From the NCBI GenBank assembly GCA_002189035.1, contig NEEC01000004.1:3286001-3350000 (forward strand): a stretch of 64,000 nucleotides of DNA. Reading direction: 5' to 3'. Of the stretch, positions 1 through 13,699 are shown one piece after another; within the stretch, counting starts at the first letter, position 1; every line of letters starts with the position of its first letter. The position numbers were made by a program, and so were the translations under genes. The notes beneath the pieces were generated by a model. That model did no database searches, had not been told where the DNA came from, and saw only the letters and a program-made list of their open reading frames with translations. This DNA comes from Utricularia gibba. Lineage: Eukaryota > Plantae > Magnoliophyta.

Positions 1-3000
1 TGTACTTAATTTGTAAATTTAAATAATTTTATCGAGTATATCATTTTCATTACATATGTACACTTTTATCAATTTAATACTATTAACCATCAAATATGTT
101 CAAAAGTGTAATTTCATCTTAATCTTATCAATTGTATAATTTAAAATAATATTGTGACTCTTGATAATTTAATTTATTAACATTTTCCTTCATTTATAAT
201 AACTTAGAATGTATTTCAAAATCCTAAATATATTTATTTTCTAATTTATGCATAGAACTTGTAATTAAAAACCTCATGTTTAATCTAACTCATTTATTAT
301 ATTTGCAACTAAAAATTAATTAATCTTTATAGATCAACCTAATTTTGTTACTATTACATTTATTTTTTGTGAATTAAATTTTTAAACTGCTACCTAAAAA
401 AATTGTCCACCATCATTAGATCAGCATCATGTGCCAAAGATTTCAATTGCCTGATGGATATGATCTATTGCACATGCGAGAGTTCATTAGTGCCTCATGC
501 ACATACCACTAGAGATATATATATTATTGCATGATGCGTTTTGAGATACATTTTGTTTATTTCCTGTATACCATATATTCATTTAATTTTCAACTCTACT
601 AATATACATGACTTATTCCGTTTTATGTTTAAATTCAGTATTTTCTGTATACCTCAATTCTGGTAGAATATCTTATTTAACTATCCCTTTGATAACTAGG
701 TGACTACAACTTGTTGAATGGTTTGAAAAAAACCAAGTTTACACAAAAAGGTGAAAAGATATTTCAATTGAACTCTAATAACTTTTGCGAAATATGATGT
801 AAAAGAGCATAATAAAATCATGATGATAGCCTTTTATTTGAGATTGTTTCTATGCACAAAGTTGGTTCTATCCAATATAATAGAACCGATAATGCCGTTC
901 ATTGATAAATAATGGTTTCTAATAAAATGTTGTATTTTTTTAAACAAACATTATTCTATAGAATTTTTAATATTCTATAAAGTTGGATCGGTCAAAATCA
1001 ATGATTGAATGACAATCATCCATATTTTTTAAAAATGGTATTCACACAATTGATTAATTTAATGAATTTGTGATCGAAATTTTGTAAATGCATAGAAGTA
1101 ATCAAAGTACTAAATAACATAATTTATACATAAAATTGTCCAATTTTATATCTTTGAAAAAAGAAAAGATTAGAAATAACAACTATTGAATATAAAGAAC
1201 TATTTGAATAACATTTACTAAAAAAAAGGGTTTGTTTGAAATCAATTAAAACAATAGTTTTGAATTTAACTCTACTAATCTTATGGTTGTTCCAAGCATG
1301 CAAGTAAACATCAAATTTGATTTCTGCTTAAACTGAATGTATAATAAAAATGAACCTAAATAATACAAAGCTTTTTACCAAACATGTTTTGTATCCCAAA
1401 TCCATATATTACATTTAAATAAATCTAAATAAATTAAACCCAACCTATACACAAACCCACATACCAAATAATTACTTTGAGATATGTGGTTATAAATTAA
1501 AAATAATACAATAGTAAGCATCAAAATTTGAATTAAATGTTTAAGAATATAATAAAGCATTAATATATATAAAAGTTTGTGCAATATGGTTTCATCCAAG
1601 ATTCTTAACCCAAGTATGTTCAAACACATGTAGTACAATTCAAATAATAAGAAAATTTGAAAATCAAAGAAAACTAAAAAAAAGTAATCCAAAAACATTT
1701 CTAATTGTTGAGAGATAAACGGTTTTTATTGAGAGGATATCGATCCCTTTTTTATGTCTCATATCATCTAGTGAGTTTGGATAAGTTTTTTTTATATATT
1801 TTATTCAATAATACATGGAAATATTTTCATATTTAATTCAAATAATCCTGAGTCTTCATATCCAATAGCATTTTGATTAATCTTCACCTCCCCAAGACTA
1901 TTGGGCTTCTATTTAGGTCCAATTTCGTGCATTTCATAATTCATAGTGCATGAACATCTCAATTTTATTTTTTCAAATTGGATTGTAAATTCTATAAACA
2001 TATATATGAAATATATTTTCTATACCAAAACAATTTAATGTAAAATCTATATACAACAATCAGAAAATAATGTATAAAGTGGGTAAAATAATCTAAAAAA
2101 TGATGAAAATTTATGTTTCAAAACAATACAAAACCAAGCAATGAAGGTTTCAATTCCTTTGGATGAGAATGTGGAGACAAATGATATAATCGGTATAAGA
2201 CATTTTTTAGAATTTTGATGTGAAATCAATTCTTTGGTAAAGAGAAATAACCATTTTTTGAAAACAAATCCCAAGTTATGCGGTATGATAGTCATTATTT
2301 AACACAATTTGATCAAACTTGGATGTTGGTAAATATTAATCTACATTCAAAAAATCATAACTTGAAGAATTAGGGCTGTTCATTGTTAGATATTCATATT
2401 TATAAATTTTGAATATCAGTTTTTAATATTTATATGTGAAATTATTGAATATAATAATTCGATATGTTTCAGACAGATATTCAAAAGGAAAGTTTATGGC
2501 CATTTTAAACCCCTCCCTATAAACATCCTCAAAATCTAATTTCACATTCATCAAAATCTTCTCCAACATCCTCACTGAGTGTTACTTCATGATGATTAGT
2601 GTCAACTTGGAATTTGAATGAGTCTTTTCACTTTAAATCTCATATTAAGTTATAATAAGAATTTTCTTGAAATTAAATCATTTACAAATATTACGACATC
2701 TATTTTTCTATGAAGAAAATGTCTTGTATTTATTCTATATGGAGGCCTGGAGAGCAAATTATTGGACTATATTTAAAGGAATTATTCTTATGATTCATAA
2801 TTTTCTTCAAGTTTTTGGATTTCACGTAAAAAAAATTCTATTGCACTTGATTGATTATTGACATCCTTAAAATACAATGTAGTAAATTAATTTTGATGTA
2901 AAAAATAATAATTTTTTTTTATTAAATAAGGTTTTTAATAAGTAATTAATTAGTAGAGAAGTTGAGCAGGTATTTTTCAGTTATCCTGAGTCAAATTCAG

Positions 3001-3385
3001 AACAGACCACACCCATGTGGCCGCGTATGTTGTAAAGTCCACCCACTGTGGAGTGTGGACTGAGGAGTCTGAGTCTGAGTCCGGGCCGTCAAGATACGTG
3101 ATTGGCCGACGATCGATCTTATTCGCCACTCTAAGATCCACCATTTTTTTACCCAGGTTTTTGATTACCCCTCCCCCGTATCAATTTCAAGGAATAGTAT
3201 ATATATACTTTTCATTCAACTCAATAATCAACTTTTTCTCTGGCTCACATTGCTAGGTTTATCAACAACGTCAGCATATGTGTTTCTGTACGCTGAGTAC
3301 ACCGAGGTGCTCTTGGGGTGTACTGAACGTGATCTGGGATTTTTGTTTTTTCAAACTTCATCGCTTTTGTTAGATTCTGCTGAAA

Positions 3386-6300
3386 ATGGAGATTCCCTTT
3401 TCGTTGCAAAGGCCTCTGCGCTGCGGGAAAGTGCCGCCTGAAGGAACCCACCACCAGATTCAGCCGTTTATTGAACTTTTGCCTCGTGGAGCTCCAAAAG
3501 TAATGCCTTTTAACTTTTCTGAACCTTCCTTTATCTTGTCTCCATGTTTCATCAATTCATGTTCTGGATTTGTTGGAGATGTTACTACTTGGGCTTGGAT
3601 GAGGGATCATTGGATGCACAGTAATCAAGGATCATGGTTGCTTGCAATCGGTTTCATTGGCTTATGATAGATTTCTTTCAGTTTTGTCCTTTATAACCCA
3701 CGCAAGTTTTGTTCTTTTTCGTATTACCCTGAATTTTAATCTGGCTATGATGTTTGAAATCTCGGTTATATTGTGTAACGTTATTGCAGTGTTTCAAATT
3801 GAAGATTAGCCATTCCGATAGGGTTAAATGTCGAATTTCGGCTAGTGCAGGTTGGTTCATGTATGGATAGGTAACATGTACTTGCTTTCATAACTTAAAT
3901 GCCTCCTTTGGTATCATGCCATGCAGATTTTTCTAGAAGGCGTCAAAGGAAAAATTCGTCGCCAAAGTCTAAGGGCCCTCCCTCCAGGGGTTATATGACC
4001 AGAACACATGTCCCTGAAGGCATCAGGAAAAAAGATCAAACTAACGATGAAAAGCCAAGCCGAGGAACCACCCCACCTAAGGAGGCTGTAGGTTCTTACA
4101 CTATGAACCAAGAATTGAAGATCGAGCCCAGTATAAAGGAGGCACTTGATGTCAATGGCGTAGCCGAAGCTGAGGAAGGTGATGACGAAATTAATGGTCT
4201 TGCATTAAAGGTTGGCACTACAGGTTCATTGTCTTTTGCAGATCAGTCAAGTCTATTAGAAGAAAGCGTGAGCGCGCATGAAGTTCATGATGAACAAACT
4301 GAGTCATCAAACATAAGAAAAGTTACCAGGAGTGAGGTCAGTAATGATGCAGGTAGAATATTAGTTGTAAAATTTCACACTAAACAGAGAATAAGGCCAT
4401 ATGGTTAAAACTTCTTGAGAATTATTTTGCAGGTGGACTTTCAAAAAACTGATGGTGTTGATGCTTTTGTTGGTGGAGTTTTCGAAGCTGTTAAGGGGAC
4501 AGTGATGTCTTTAGGAAAAGGAACTGTGGTTAATGGGTCAGGTGATGATTTACACAAGGCCGAAATAGAAAATCTTGCTAAGGATAATTTTGAGAAAGGG
4601 AACAAAGTGTTTTATTTCCCCAAGGTAGTAAAGCCTGATCAAGTAGTCGAGATTCTTTTCAACAGAGGTTTTTCCTCCTTGAGAAATGAACCAGAAGTTT
4701 TGATGATGGGAGCCTTCAATGATTGGAAATGGAGATCATTTACAGTGAAGTTGAGTAAGACCCCTCTTGAGGGTGATTGGTGGTCTTGCCAGCTCCATGT
4801 CCCTAAAGAAGCATACGCTATTGATTTTGTATTCTTTAATGGTAAAGATGTTTATGAGAACAACAACGAAAAAGATTTCTCAATCGTTTTGGAGGGCGGG
4901 ATGGATCGTTTGGAATTTGAGAATTTCCTGCTTGAAGAAAAACACAGAGAACAGGAGCAGCTTGCTAAAAAAAAGGCTGAAATGGAAAGACAAGTTGAGG
5001 AAGAAAGGCGTTTAGAAGAAGAAAGAAAGGCAAGTGAAGCTGATAGAACTACAGCCCGGGAGGAAGCTGCAAGGAGAAGGACTGTGCTGCAAGAGTCGAT
5101 TAAAAAGGCCGTGAGGTACATTGACAATGTCTGGTATGTAGAGCCTAGTAAGTTTGAAGGCAATCAGAAGGTTCGGCTATATTACAATAGAAGCTCAGGA
5201 CAACTTTCTCAAGCTAAGGAAGTGTGGATTCATGGGGGGCATAATGGTTGGATAACTGGTCTATCAGTTGTTTCAAAGCTTGTTAAATCTGAAAAAAATG
5301 GTGATTGGTGGTATGCTGAAGGTGAGTGTTTTATGTTTATTACTTAATTTTTATGACCATGCTTTTGTTTTCTCGAAATCCAATATCCTATTCGATACAG
5401 AAACAGATAAATTATTTGGTGTTTCTTATTGCTTCAGATCCTCTTTAGTGGAATTTAAGTCCCTTAAGGTTTTAGGTGCTGTAGGTCACCTGATATGAAT
5501 TACTGTGTCTGCTCACACTACTCGAATTCTGCAAATTCTTCAGAAAGGTTTTAAGAAGTTTCGAAGTCTTTTGTTCTTTCCTGTGGATTGCTCTACACTC
5601 CATTGTGTGTTCATAAGATGTCCAGAAACTTGATTATATTTTTATTCTTTAATTCCTGCAGTTGTTGTGCCTGATCGAGCACTTGTCTTGGACTGGGTTT
5701 TCGCTGATGGCCCACCGAAGAAGGCAAATGTTTATGATAACAACCATGGGCAAGATTTTCATGCTGTTGTCCCACAAACCATTCCTGAAGAACAATATTG
5801 GGTTGAGGAACAGGAGAATATATGTAAAAAACTTCATGCCGAACGAAAGCTGAGAGAAGAAGCAATACGGTTGAAGGTGAGTGAACTTAGACCACACAAT
5901 GCGTTGGGGGATCTTGTGCTTTAAAAGTTCTAGGTTTTAACCTATGGACAGTGGCAATGATCTAATGAGAGCTATTCGACACCAGCAATTAGATTTCTTC
6001 TTAATTTGTCTAATTCGCCAACCTGCACTTACAGGCTGAAAAAACTGCACGTCTAAAAGCAGAAACAAGAGGAAAAACTTTGAGAACATTTTTATTGTCT
6101 CAAAGGAATGTGGTCTACACTGACCCGATTGATGTTCAAGCTGGGAGCACGGTCACTATATTTTATAATCCTTCCAATACTGTCCTGAATGGAAAACCTG
6201 AAGTCTGGTTCAGATGTTCCTTCAACAGATGGACACACAACATGGGCCCACTGCCACCGCAAAAAATGGTTCCCACTGAAAATGGCTCCCAGATAAAAGC

Positions 6301-9300
6301 AGTTGGTAAGACATTTATTTCTTTTTCTTCTGAAATGTTGATACCCTCCCCTAAAGATGCTGAACTTTCTGCAATCATATCCTCATGATGATTTTTTAGC
6401 TTCTACCACCTCTGAAATTCATCTGCTATGTCGTCTTTTGGCATGCATGATGAAAATAAATTTTAGAGTTTAGTACCTGATGAAAACAATGATGTTATCT
6501 GAAAGGTACATAAATGTTTTTACATACATTTTTCTGGCTCTCACAACTATAACATAATAATTCTTATTCTGCTGCATGGGGTACGCTACCTAGGATTCTA
6601 ATTTGGTTGTTATGCAAAATCAACTCCCTTCCTTTTAAATCTACTTGCATGCCAGTATTCGGGACAATTATTCTCTTATTAGATTATGTTTATTTGTGAC
6701 CTGAGCATTAATACTTTTCCCGCATAACCCATTTCTTCTCTCCAGTCAAGGTTCCATTGGATGCATACGTTATGGATTTTGTCTTCTCTGAGAAAGAGGA
6801 TGGTGGTGTTTTTGACAACAAGAATGATATGGACTACCACATTCCTGTAACCGGATATGTTAAAGAGCCCCCATTGAATATAGTACATATAGCAGTGGAG
6901 ATGGCTCCTATAGCGAAGGTAATTACTTGTTACTTCAATCACGCCTTCATACAGGTGTACATTTGCTTTCCATGTCTTTGTATTCCTGATTCCACTGCAT
7001 ATGCATGCATTACAGAAGCTTTTTTTTTTTGTCTCCCATATTGTTTTTTGTTTCCTGCTTTTATGAGGCTAACTTGTTATTTGACTAAGCAGTTAGCTTC
7101 CAGCGTTGGAAACCTCGTGTCATCTTTCTTCATTTAGCTCCTGAAAACTGGGTATATTGGTGATTATGCTGACTGCCTATCTTGAGGAAGGTTGTATTTT
7201 TCTGTGAAGTGTAGTCCAATGAGACTAATGTTTCACATATTAAATGAAAAAACTCTACCTATGGACACCCAGTCCTTCATGCCTTCTCTCTGTTGGACGT
7301 GCTAACTGGGGATGTTATCTAAGGTTTCATGAAAACAAGCTACAGGGTTTGAAAGCTTTTTGGTATTCTAACATGATGTGCGTGTGAAAACTCAGATAGA
7401 AGGTAAAGCAAATTAGATGATATTTCTTATATTTTATGGAACTATCCACCACCGAAAATAGTGTAGCAGATATTAAATCTTACTCCAATATTTGTATCTA
7501 GAATATCTTTTTCAAATATATATATATACATATATATATATATTTTGAATATATTGTGTCATCCAGCTAGTATAGGTATCCAAGAGTCTTTCGGATTGAG
7601 GTGTATCGCATGTGGGTTTATCACTTACTCAAGGGTCTGAACCGGGTTACATTTGGCATTTTGATGATTCTTTGTATGTCGTGTTTTACTGATTTCTGTT
7701 TTGTTTAAAAAATACATCTGTCTTCATTTCATAGCAGCATAATCATAGATAGCTGATTGGAATGTTTAATACTTTCTTGCAGGTGGGAGGTCTTGGTGAT
7801 GTTGTCACTAGTCTTTCTAGAGCCATTCAGGACATGAACCATAACGTGGATATAGTCCTTCCAAAATATGACTGTCTGAATCTCTCCGGTGTAAGTTTGG
7901 TAGAGTAGTGCCATATGATAAATCAGCTTGTGTGATTTTTTATTATGTTATGCTTACCAATTCATCTGTTTTTGTGTGGCTGAATTTTGTAGAAAAAATT
8001 GATTTCATGATGTTTATAGGACATAATAAGTGCGCTAGCCTTCTATTTCATCAGAATACAGCTTCTAAATTTTATGTTAAAATAGGTGAAGGACTTGAAT
8101 TATCACAAGAGCTATTATTGGGGTGGCACTGAAATCAAAGTTTGGCTTGGCAAGGTCGAGGGTCTTCCTGTCTACTTTCTGGAGCCTCAGAATGGGTAAC
8201 TTCTGGCTAAACCTTTTCCACCAAGATCTTTAACCTTGCATTTGTTTCCCTTTTCAAAGCTACAATTTTCTGTACGCTGATGGTTGTGTGTATTATTTTT
8301 ATATTGTCTTCTTTGAAGTTGCTTCATGGGGCTTGTGATCTCGGGTTTGAGCTTGCTCTAATGACTTGACCCATTAATTTCACCTTCCAGGTTGTTTTGG
8401 GTTGGCTGCGTTTATGGCCGTGCTAATGATGCACACAGATTTGGTTTCTTTTGCCACGCGGCACTTGAGTTTCTGCTACAGGGTGGATTTCATCCTGTAA
8501 GTCAATAAAACTTTGAAGCTTCCTGCGTCACCTCTTTACCACTTGAGCATGACATGTAATGTGTCGCATATATGTGAGGCAGGAAGCTGTATTCCGTTGT
8601 TGTCATATGTTTTAGTTGATGAATAAAGGTTTCTTCTGCTGAGTATTACCTGATGACTTAGATGGTGATCCATTTGATGACGTCACTCTTTAAGACAAAT
8701 TGAAAGTGTGGCTTTCTGTTGGGTCATATTGTTCTGGTGCACATGTTGCTTACTAATTTTAACCTTTTTCTGGTTTTCTCAGGACATCATCCATTGTCAT
8801 GATTGGTCTAGCGCTCCAGTTGCATGGCTGTTCAAGGAACAGTATATGCACTATGGTCTAAGTAAAGCTCGTGTTGTTTTCACGATTCACAACCTTGAGT
8901 TTGGTGCACCCTTGATTGGGAAAGCTATGGAATTCTCGGACAAGTGTACAACTGTTAGTCCCAAATGGTTTTTTTATCAAAATTCTTACCTAAAGCTTGA
9001 TATTTTTGTAACATTAGCGTCTAAAAATCTCAAGAGCGATGCAGATAAGAGTATCACGATTCCATCTGAGGTTATTAATTGAACTCCACCTTCAGGTGTC
9101 ACCAACATATTCCAAGGAAGTTTCTGGGCATCCTTCTGTCGCTCCTCATATGTACAAGTTCCACGGTATCCTCAATGGGATTGATCCTGACATATGGGAT
9201 CCCTTCAATGATAAATTTATTCCTGTAAGTGAACCCTGGTGTCCAATTTCTTGATTGATGCATGTCTTTAATTTCTTCAAAAATAAGTTTCTGCATATTC

Positions 9301-10557
9301 TGAATGGCTTTTTTTCTGAAGCATGGAACCTGTTTCAAGCTATTCCTTTTCTTTTGTTTTGTTTATGTGTGAGTCCAAAACAAAATGGCTATGCTGTTCA
9401 TCTTCTATGTCGCATTCTGTCCGTCTGGCATGCTATTTTTTATCTGGTGCTCCCTTTTCTCCAATGCCATCGTGGTTGCTGCAGGTATCATACACTTCAG
9501 AGAATGTTGTTGAAGGCAAAGCAGCTGCGAAAGAAGCTTTACAACAAAAACTTGGGCTTAAACAGGCTGACCTGCCCTTGGTAGGCATAATTACTCGTTT
9601 AACTCACCAGAAGGGAATCCATCTCATCAAGCATGCCATCTGGCGCACCCTGGAGCGCAATGGACAGGTTCGTCGAGTGCCTGTGCTACTTGTTTCGCAT
9701 AATCTTGAGTCAGTCAGTCAGTCAGTTTAAAAAAAAAAATCAGCAGTTATTCTCCACTTACCAGTAAGCACTGCTGTTGCATGACTTTTCTATAGGTTGT
9801 ATTGCTGGGGTCAGCTCCTGATCCGCGAATCCAGAATGATTTTGTGAATCTGGCAAATCAGCTGCACTCTTCGCATGATGACCGGGCACGGCTGTGTCTC
9901 GCATATGATGAGCCTCTATCACACTTGGTGCTGCCTCACGCCGTCGAGATGTTCTCCTTTCCCTAGGTAGCGTTCACATCTGAGTTGCATTGCTAACCAT
10001 CTCCGTTGCTTCATTACACAGATCTACGCTGGTGCTGATTTCATTCTGGTTCCTTCCATATTTGAGCCTTGCGGGCTCACCCAACTCACTGCAATGAGAT
10101 ACGGCTCAGTGCCCGTCGTTCGTAAAACCGGAGGTTGGTAAACTCACCCTGATTACTTGCCTGAGGTCGCCTTTGATGCCTGAGTCTGTGCATGTTGGTC
10201 GGTTTTGCTCACAGGGCTGTACGACACCGTGTTCGACGTGGACCATGACCAGGAACGGGCAGCGTCGCAGGGCCTCGAGCCCAATGGCTTTAACTTCGAC
10301 GGGGCTGACGCGGCCGGCGTCGATTACGCTCTCAACAGGTAACAACACGAGTCTTTCTCAGAATCAAAAACCCCCTCACCGATCGGTTACCTTCATCTTC
10401 TTCTACAAACCGATGTGCGTGCAGAGCGATAACCGCGTGGTACGATCGAAGAGGATTCTTCAACTCCTTGTGCAAACGTGTGATGGAGCAAGACTGGTCT
10501 TGGAACCGGCCGGCGTTGGACTACCTGGAACTCTACCACGCAACCCGCAGGCATTGA
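3386..10557 (+). CDS. SS3: Soluble starch synthase III (chloroplast; transit peptide, three CBM53/25-type starch-binding repeats, GT5 catalytic domain), 17 predicted coding exons, ~1146 aa
   Basis: Exons with GT..AG boundaries: 3386-3499, 3790-3850, 3927-4336, 4433-5321, 5662-5876, 6035-6305, 6746-6918, 7783-7890, 8086-8195, 8391-8496, 8783-8953, 9096-9224, 9485-9667, 9796-9927, 10022-10133, 10215-10338, 10425-10557. They total 3441 nt and stay in frame. Motifs: [20 protein letters not shown]|VGGLGDVV (KxGGL ADP-glucose site), [55 protein letters not shown]. Exons 1-2 are the least certain. Confidence 0.96.
7516..7543. repeat. Interrupted (AT)n microsatellite in an SS3 intron
   Basis: atatatatatatacatatatatatatat read directly. 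Confidence 0.8.
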
Positions 10558-10677
10558 GGCGGTGGTTCGTGTACAGGAAGGATTTGAGCTCCGCAGATCG
10601 GTGCTTCATTGCGGCGTCCGCGTGTCCTCGGTTTTCCTTGTTCTCTTCGCATTTGGATAAACTCACAAACCAGAATT

Positions 10678-10680
<3 letters not shown>

Positions 10681-10725
<45 letters not shown>
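10681..10725. repeat. Perfect (ATT)15 microsatellite just downstream of the SS3 stop
   Basis: 45 nt of uninterrupted ATT, matching the 15-Ile run in spurious ORF 10609-10869. Confidence 0.97.
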
Positions 10726-11458
10726 GTTTCTACGTCTATTAATTACATACCGCTGCAATTAAATTTTAAAATTAAATTCAGAATCATTATATATTCTGAT
10801 TTTTTTAAAAAAATTCATATCTGGACGCTACTAATTTTAAGAACATCTTTATTTATTTATTTTTTTTAAAATATTTACGTGATTGTATGTTTTTAATTAT
10901 TAGCTTTTAAAATATTTAAAAAGCTACTATTCTGAATTTTTGAAAACTATATTCATGAAAACTGAATTTTTATTCAAACCTTAATAATATTAAACATAGA
11001 TTCTTCTTTTTTTATTTCTTTTCTTTTTTATTTAAAAAGCTACTATTCATGTTTCTTTCTTCTAAGTTAGATATACGACAAATAATTTTTTTTTAATTTC
11101 TTTATATTTATTCAAAGTTATACACCACATGAGCAAATTTGTTTTCGACCAATTGCAATTTCTTATCATTTTTTTTATCCATTTTTCTGATAAATTTCTT
11201 ATTTTTTGAGTTACTATTTCAAAGTTATGTAATAATTTCATTCTTAAATACTCCAGATTTTTTATGTATTTTACTGAATCCTAAATCTTTAAATATCTTT
11301 GATCATAACTAATTATTTTACTATTTAAGAATCACTTTTTTACTTCAAATTAATATCCTAAATAAAATTGTTGCTTTTAAAATTATTGTTTCAGATTTAT
11401 GCAACTTTATTTATAAATAATTCATAAATCTTATTAGAAAATAATTATATATATCTAA

Positions 11459-11907
11459 TGTCACGACTAATACTCGTCTTAGACATCATTATTCATTTTT
11501 AACATTCAATACTCATGGTTTTACATTCTTCTCTTTCGAGTAAAATATCTCATGTAAGGAGGGTCTTTCTATTCAAATACGTTCCCTCCCCCATTCGTAA
11601 CCAACGTGAAATATCATAACTATTACAAAGCCTCTGACCTTACCATTTATCCCCTCTTAGACATTCAACATACTTGTTAAGCACCACCTCATCTCAACAT
11701 TAACACAAGTTTGGGTCTACCTTTGATACCAAATGTTGCGATTTACATTCGTCTTGCATAATATTGTTTGCTCTGAATACCCAATACTCACGGTTTTCTG
11801 TTCTCCCCTTTCGAAGAACAGATCTCATACAAGATTAGAAAAGTCTTTCTATTTAACCATGTTCCCTGCCCCATTCGTAATCAATGTGGGATTCCATAAC
11901 TGTTACA
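11459..11907 (-). mobile_element. Degenerate TRIM (terminal-repeat retrotransposon in miniature)
   Basis: Two homologous direct repeats, 11459-11627 and 11734-11907 (~170 bp, both TG...CA, ~70% identical by eye, sharing gtctttctatt and gttccct-ccccattcgtaa). Internal region 106 bp. Minus-strand tRNA-iMet PBS TGGTATCAAAG at 11721-11731. No clear TSD or adjacent PPT. Confidence 0.7.
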
Positions 11908-13699
11908 AGGTCCTTGGAGTTTTGATATCTTTTTTTGATTTATAAATGATTTCTAAATCTTTAAACATATTTTTGTAATATCTTCCATTATAATTAGTTG
12001 TTTTACTATTTAGGAATCATTTTATTAATTACATTAGCATAAAAAATCAAATTTTTTTTTGTTTTTTAAGTTGTTATTTAAATTAGTAATGATGTGTTTG
12101 GGATTATACAATTTATTAATTTTATTCCTAATTTATGTAGTCTATTTTCGAACATATTATCACACATCATCAATTTTTAATACATTTTCTTTTTTGCAAA
12201 ATAGATACTAGAGAATTAATATCTCAATGGGTGGAAGAAGATAAACTTATTATATTTAAACATGGTTAAATGTTAGCAAGGATTCAAATAAGAGAACTTT
12301 ATAAAAAATAATTTTTAAAAGAAAATATTTAATTATTATAATGAAATAGTGTATCTAATTACATGTAACACGAATACAATAAGAAGAAAATAGAAAAGTT
12401 TGAGTTTGGATATTAGTAAATTTGAAGGTTTATGAATAGGATAATATCAAGATGAGATAGTGATTATAACGAATTTGATTTCCAATAGCAAGTGATGAAG
12501 TTTTTTAAAGTTGAAGAGCAAAGAGATTTTATTGATATCGAATTTGTGAGAAATTACAGCATAAGTCAAAGTGAATGTCGGTATAAAAATTAATATTATG
12601 TTTATTTTTTGAGGTTTTTTTGCTAATATTAAGTATATGTTTTTCTTATAAATCATAAAAATTGATAGTTGGTATAAATGGTAAAAAATCATAATAGAAT
12701 ATTATATGTGCATCACATAAATAAATATCAACATCACAATCTTCACCAATTGTAGTATAAGAAGAACGACCTTTAAGACAAAATGTAGCAAATTGTAAAT
12801 AGAATGAAAAATAGATGTCTGAATCCACTTTTTGTTTTTTCAAATCCAAATACTTTTAAAGTATTGACAAAATAAATAAGAATCTTGAAAAATGAAAACT
12901 GTACATGTGCTAGTTAAATCAATTATATTTCATTGATACGCTTGAAAGACTTTCAAATAATTATATAATTAAGTTTACTACAAGATAAAAAGCAATCCAT
13001 GATATGACTTACCATAGTTATTCAAATATTAGGTTAGTAAACAAAGACTAAAGTAATTCTGAAGATGAGAAATAAAATGAATTTGTTAATCTCGAAGAAT
13101 CATATGATTAAGTATTTTATTGATGTAGTATTTTGCTATCACTATGTTTTAAATATTTATCATTTTTTAAAATGTTTAAGACATATGTATTATTATAGAT
13201 TATTTAATATAATATTTACTTGAGCTTGATTTTAGATATAGCATTTTCATATTTGTGTTTTTTGTTTAAATAGTATACATTTATTGAATTTAACTAGATG
13301 AATTTGTACCACGAATATGATTAATGTGTTAAGGTTTTTAATTTAGTATATAATTAATGTGTTAATTACAAACGAATAAATTAAATAATCATTAAAAATG
13401 AAGTAGTTAAATACAAATAAAATTAATAGTAAATAATTAATGTAATAGAAGATTATCAATATGATATATCTAAATAAATTTGCAGTAAATAATCAATGCG
13501 GTAATAAATTATAAATATATAGATGTAAATAAAGTTGATGAGAATCAATTAATATGATAAAAGATAATAATATTCTAGTTTTTCAAATATTTGACCTATT
13601 ATTTTGTATAAGTATAACATAGATTATATGATAATTATCTCAAGAATTGATTATATTAATGAAGAGGAATAAGAATTTTTAAAACAACGGTGTCCATAA

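Noticed and set aside
1-2950. AT-rich upstream region with ORFs 1375-1698, 2047-2295, 2667-2861 and a hAT-like peptide DLLHMR near 470
   Set aside because: ORFs are F/I/L-rich products of base composition, and no colinear series of transposase motifs could be confirmed. Probably old TE debris but unassignable.
10173-10679. 168-aa ORF over the end of SS3
   Set aside because: Alternate-frame read-through of GC-rich SS3 exons and introns; no independent protein features
10609-10869. ORF with a poly-Ile tract
   Set aside because: Translation of the (ATT)15 microsatellite
11459-11907. Cassandra (5S-carrying) identity for the TRIM
   Set aside because: No 5S rRNA A/C-box-like segment seen in the repeats
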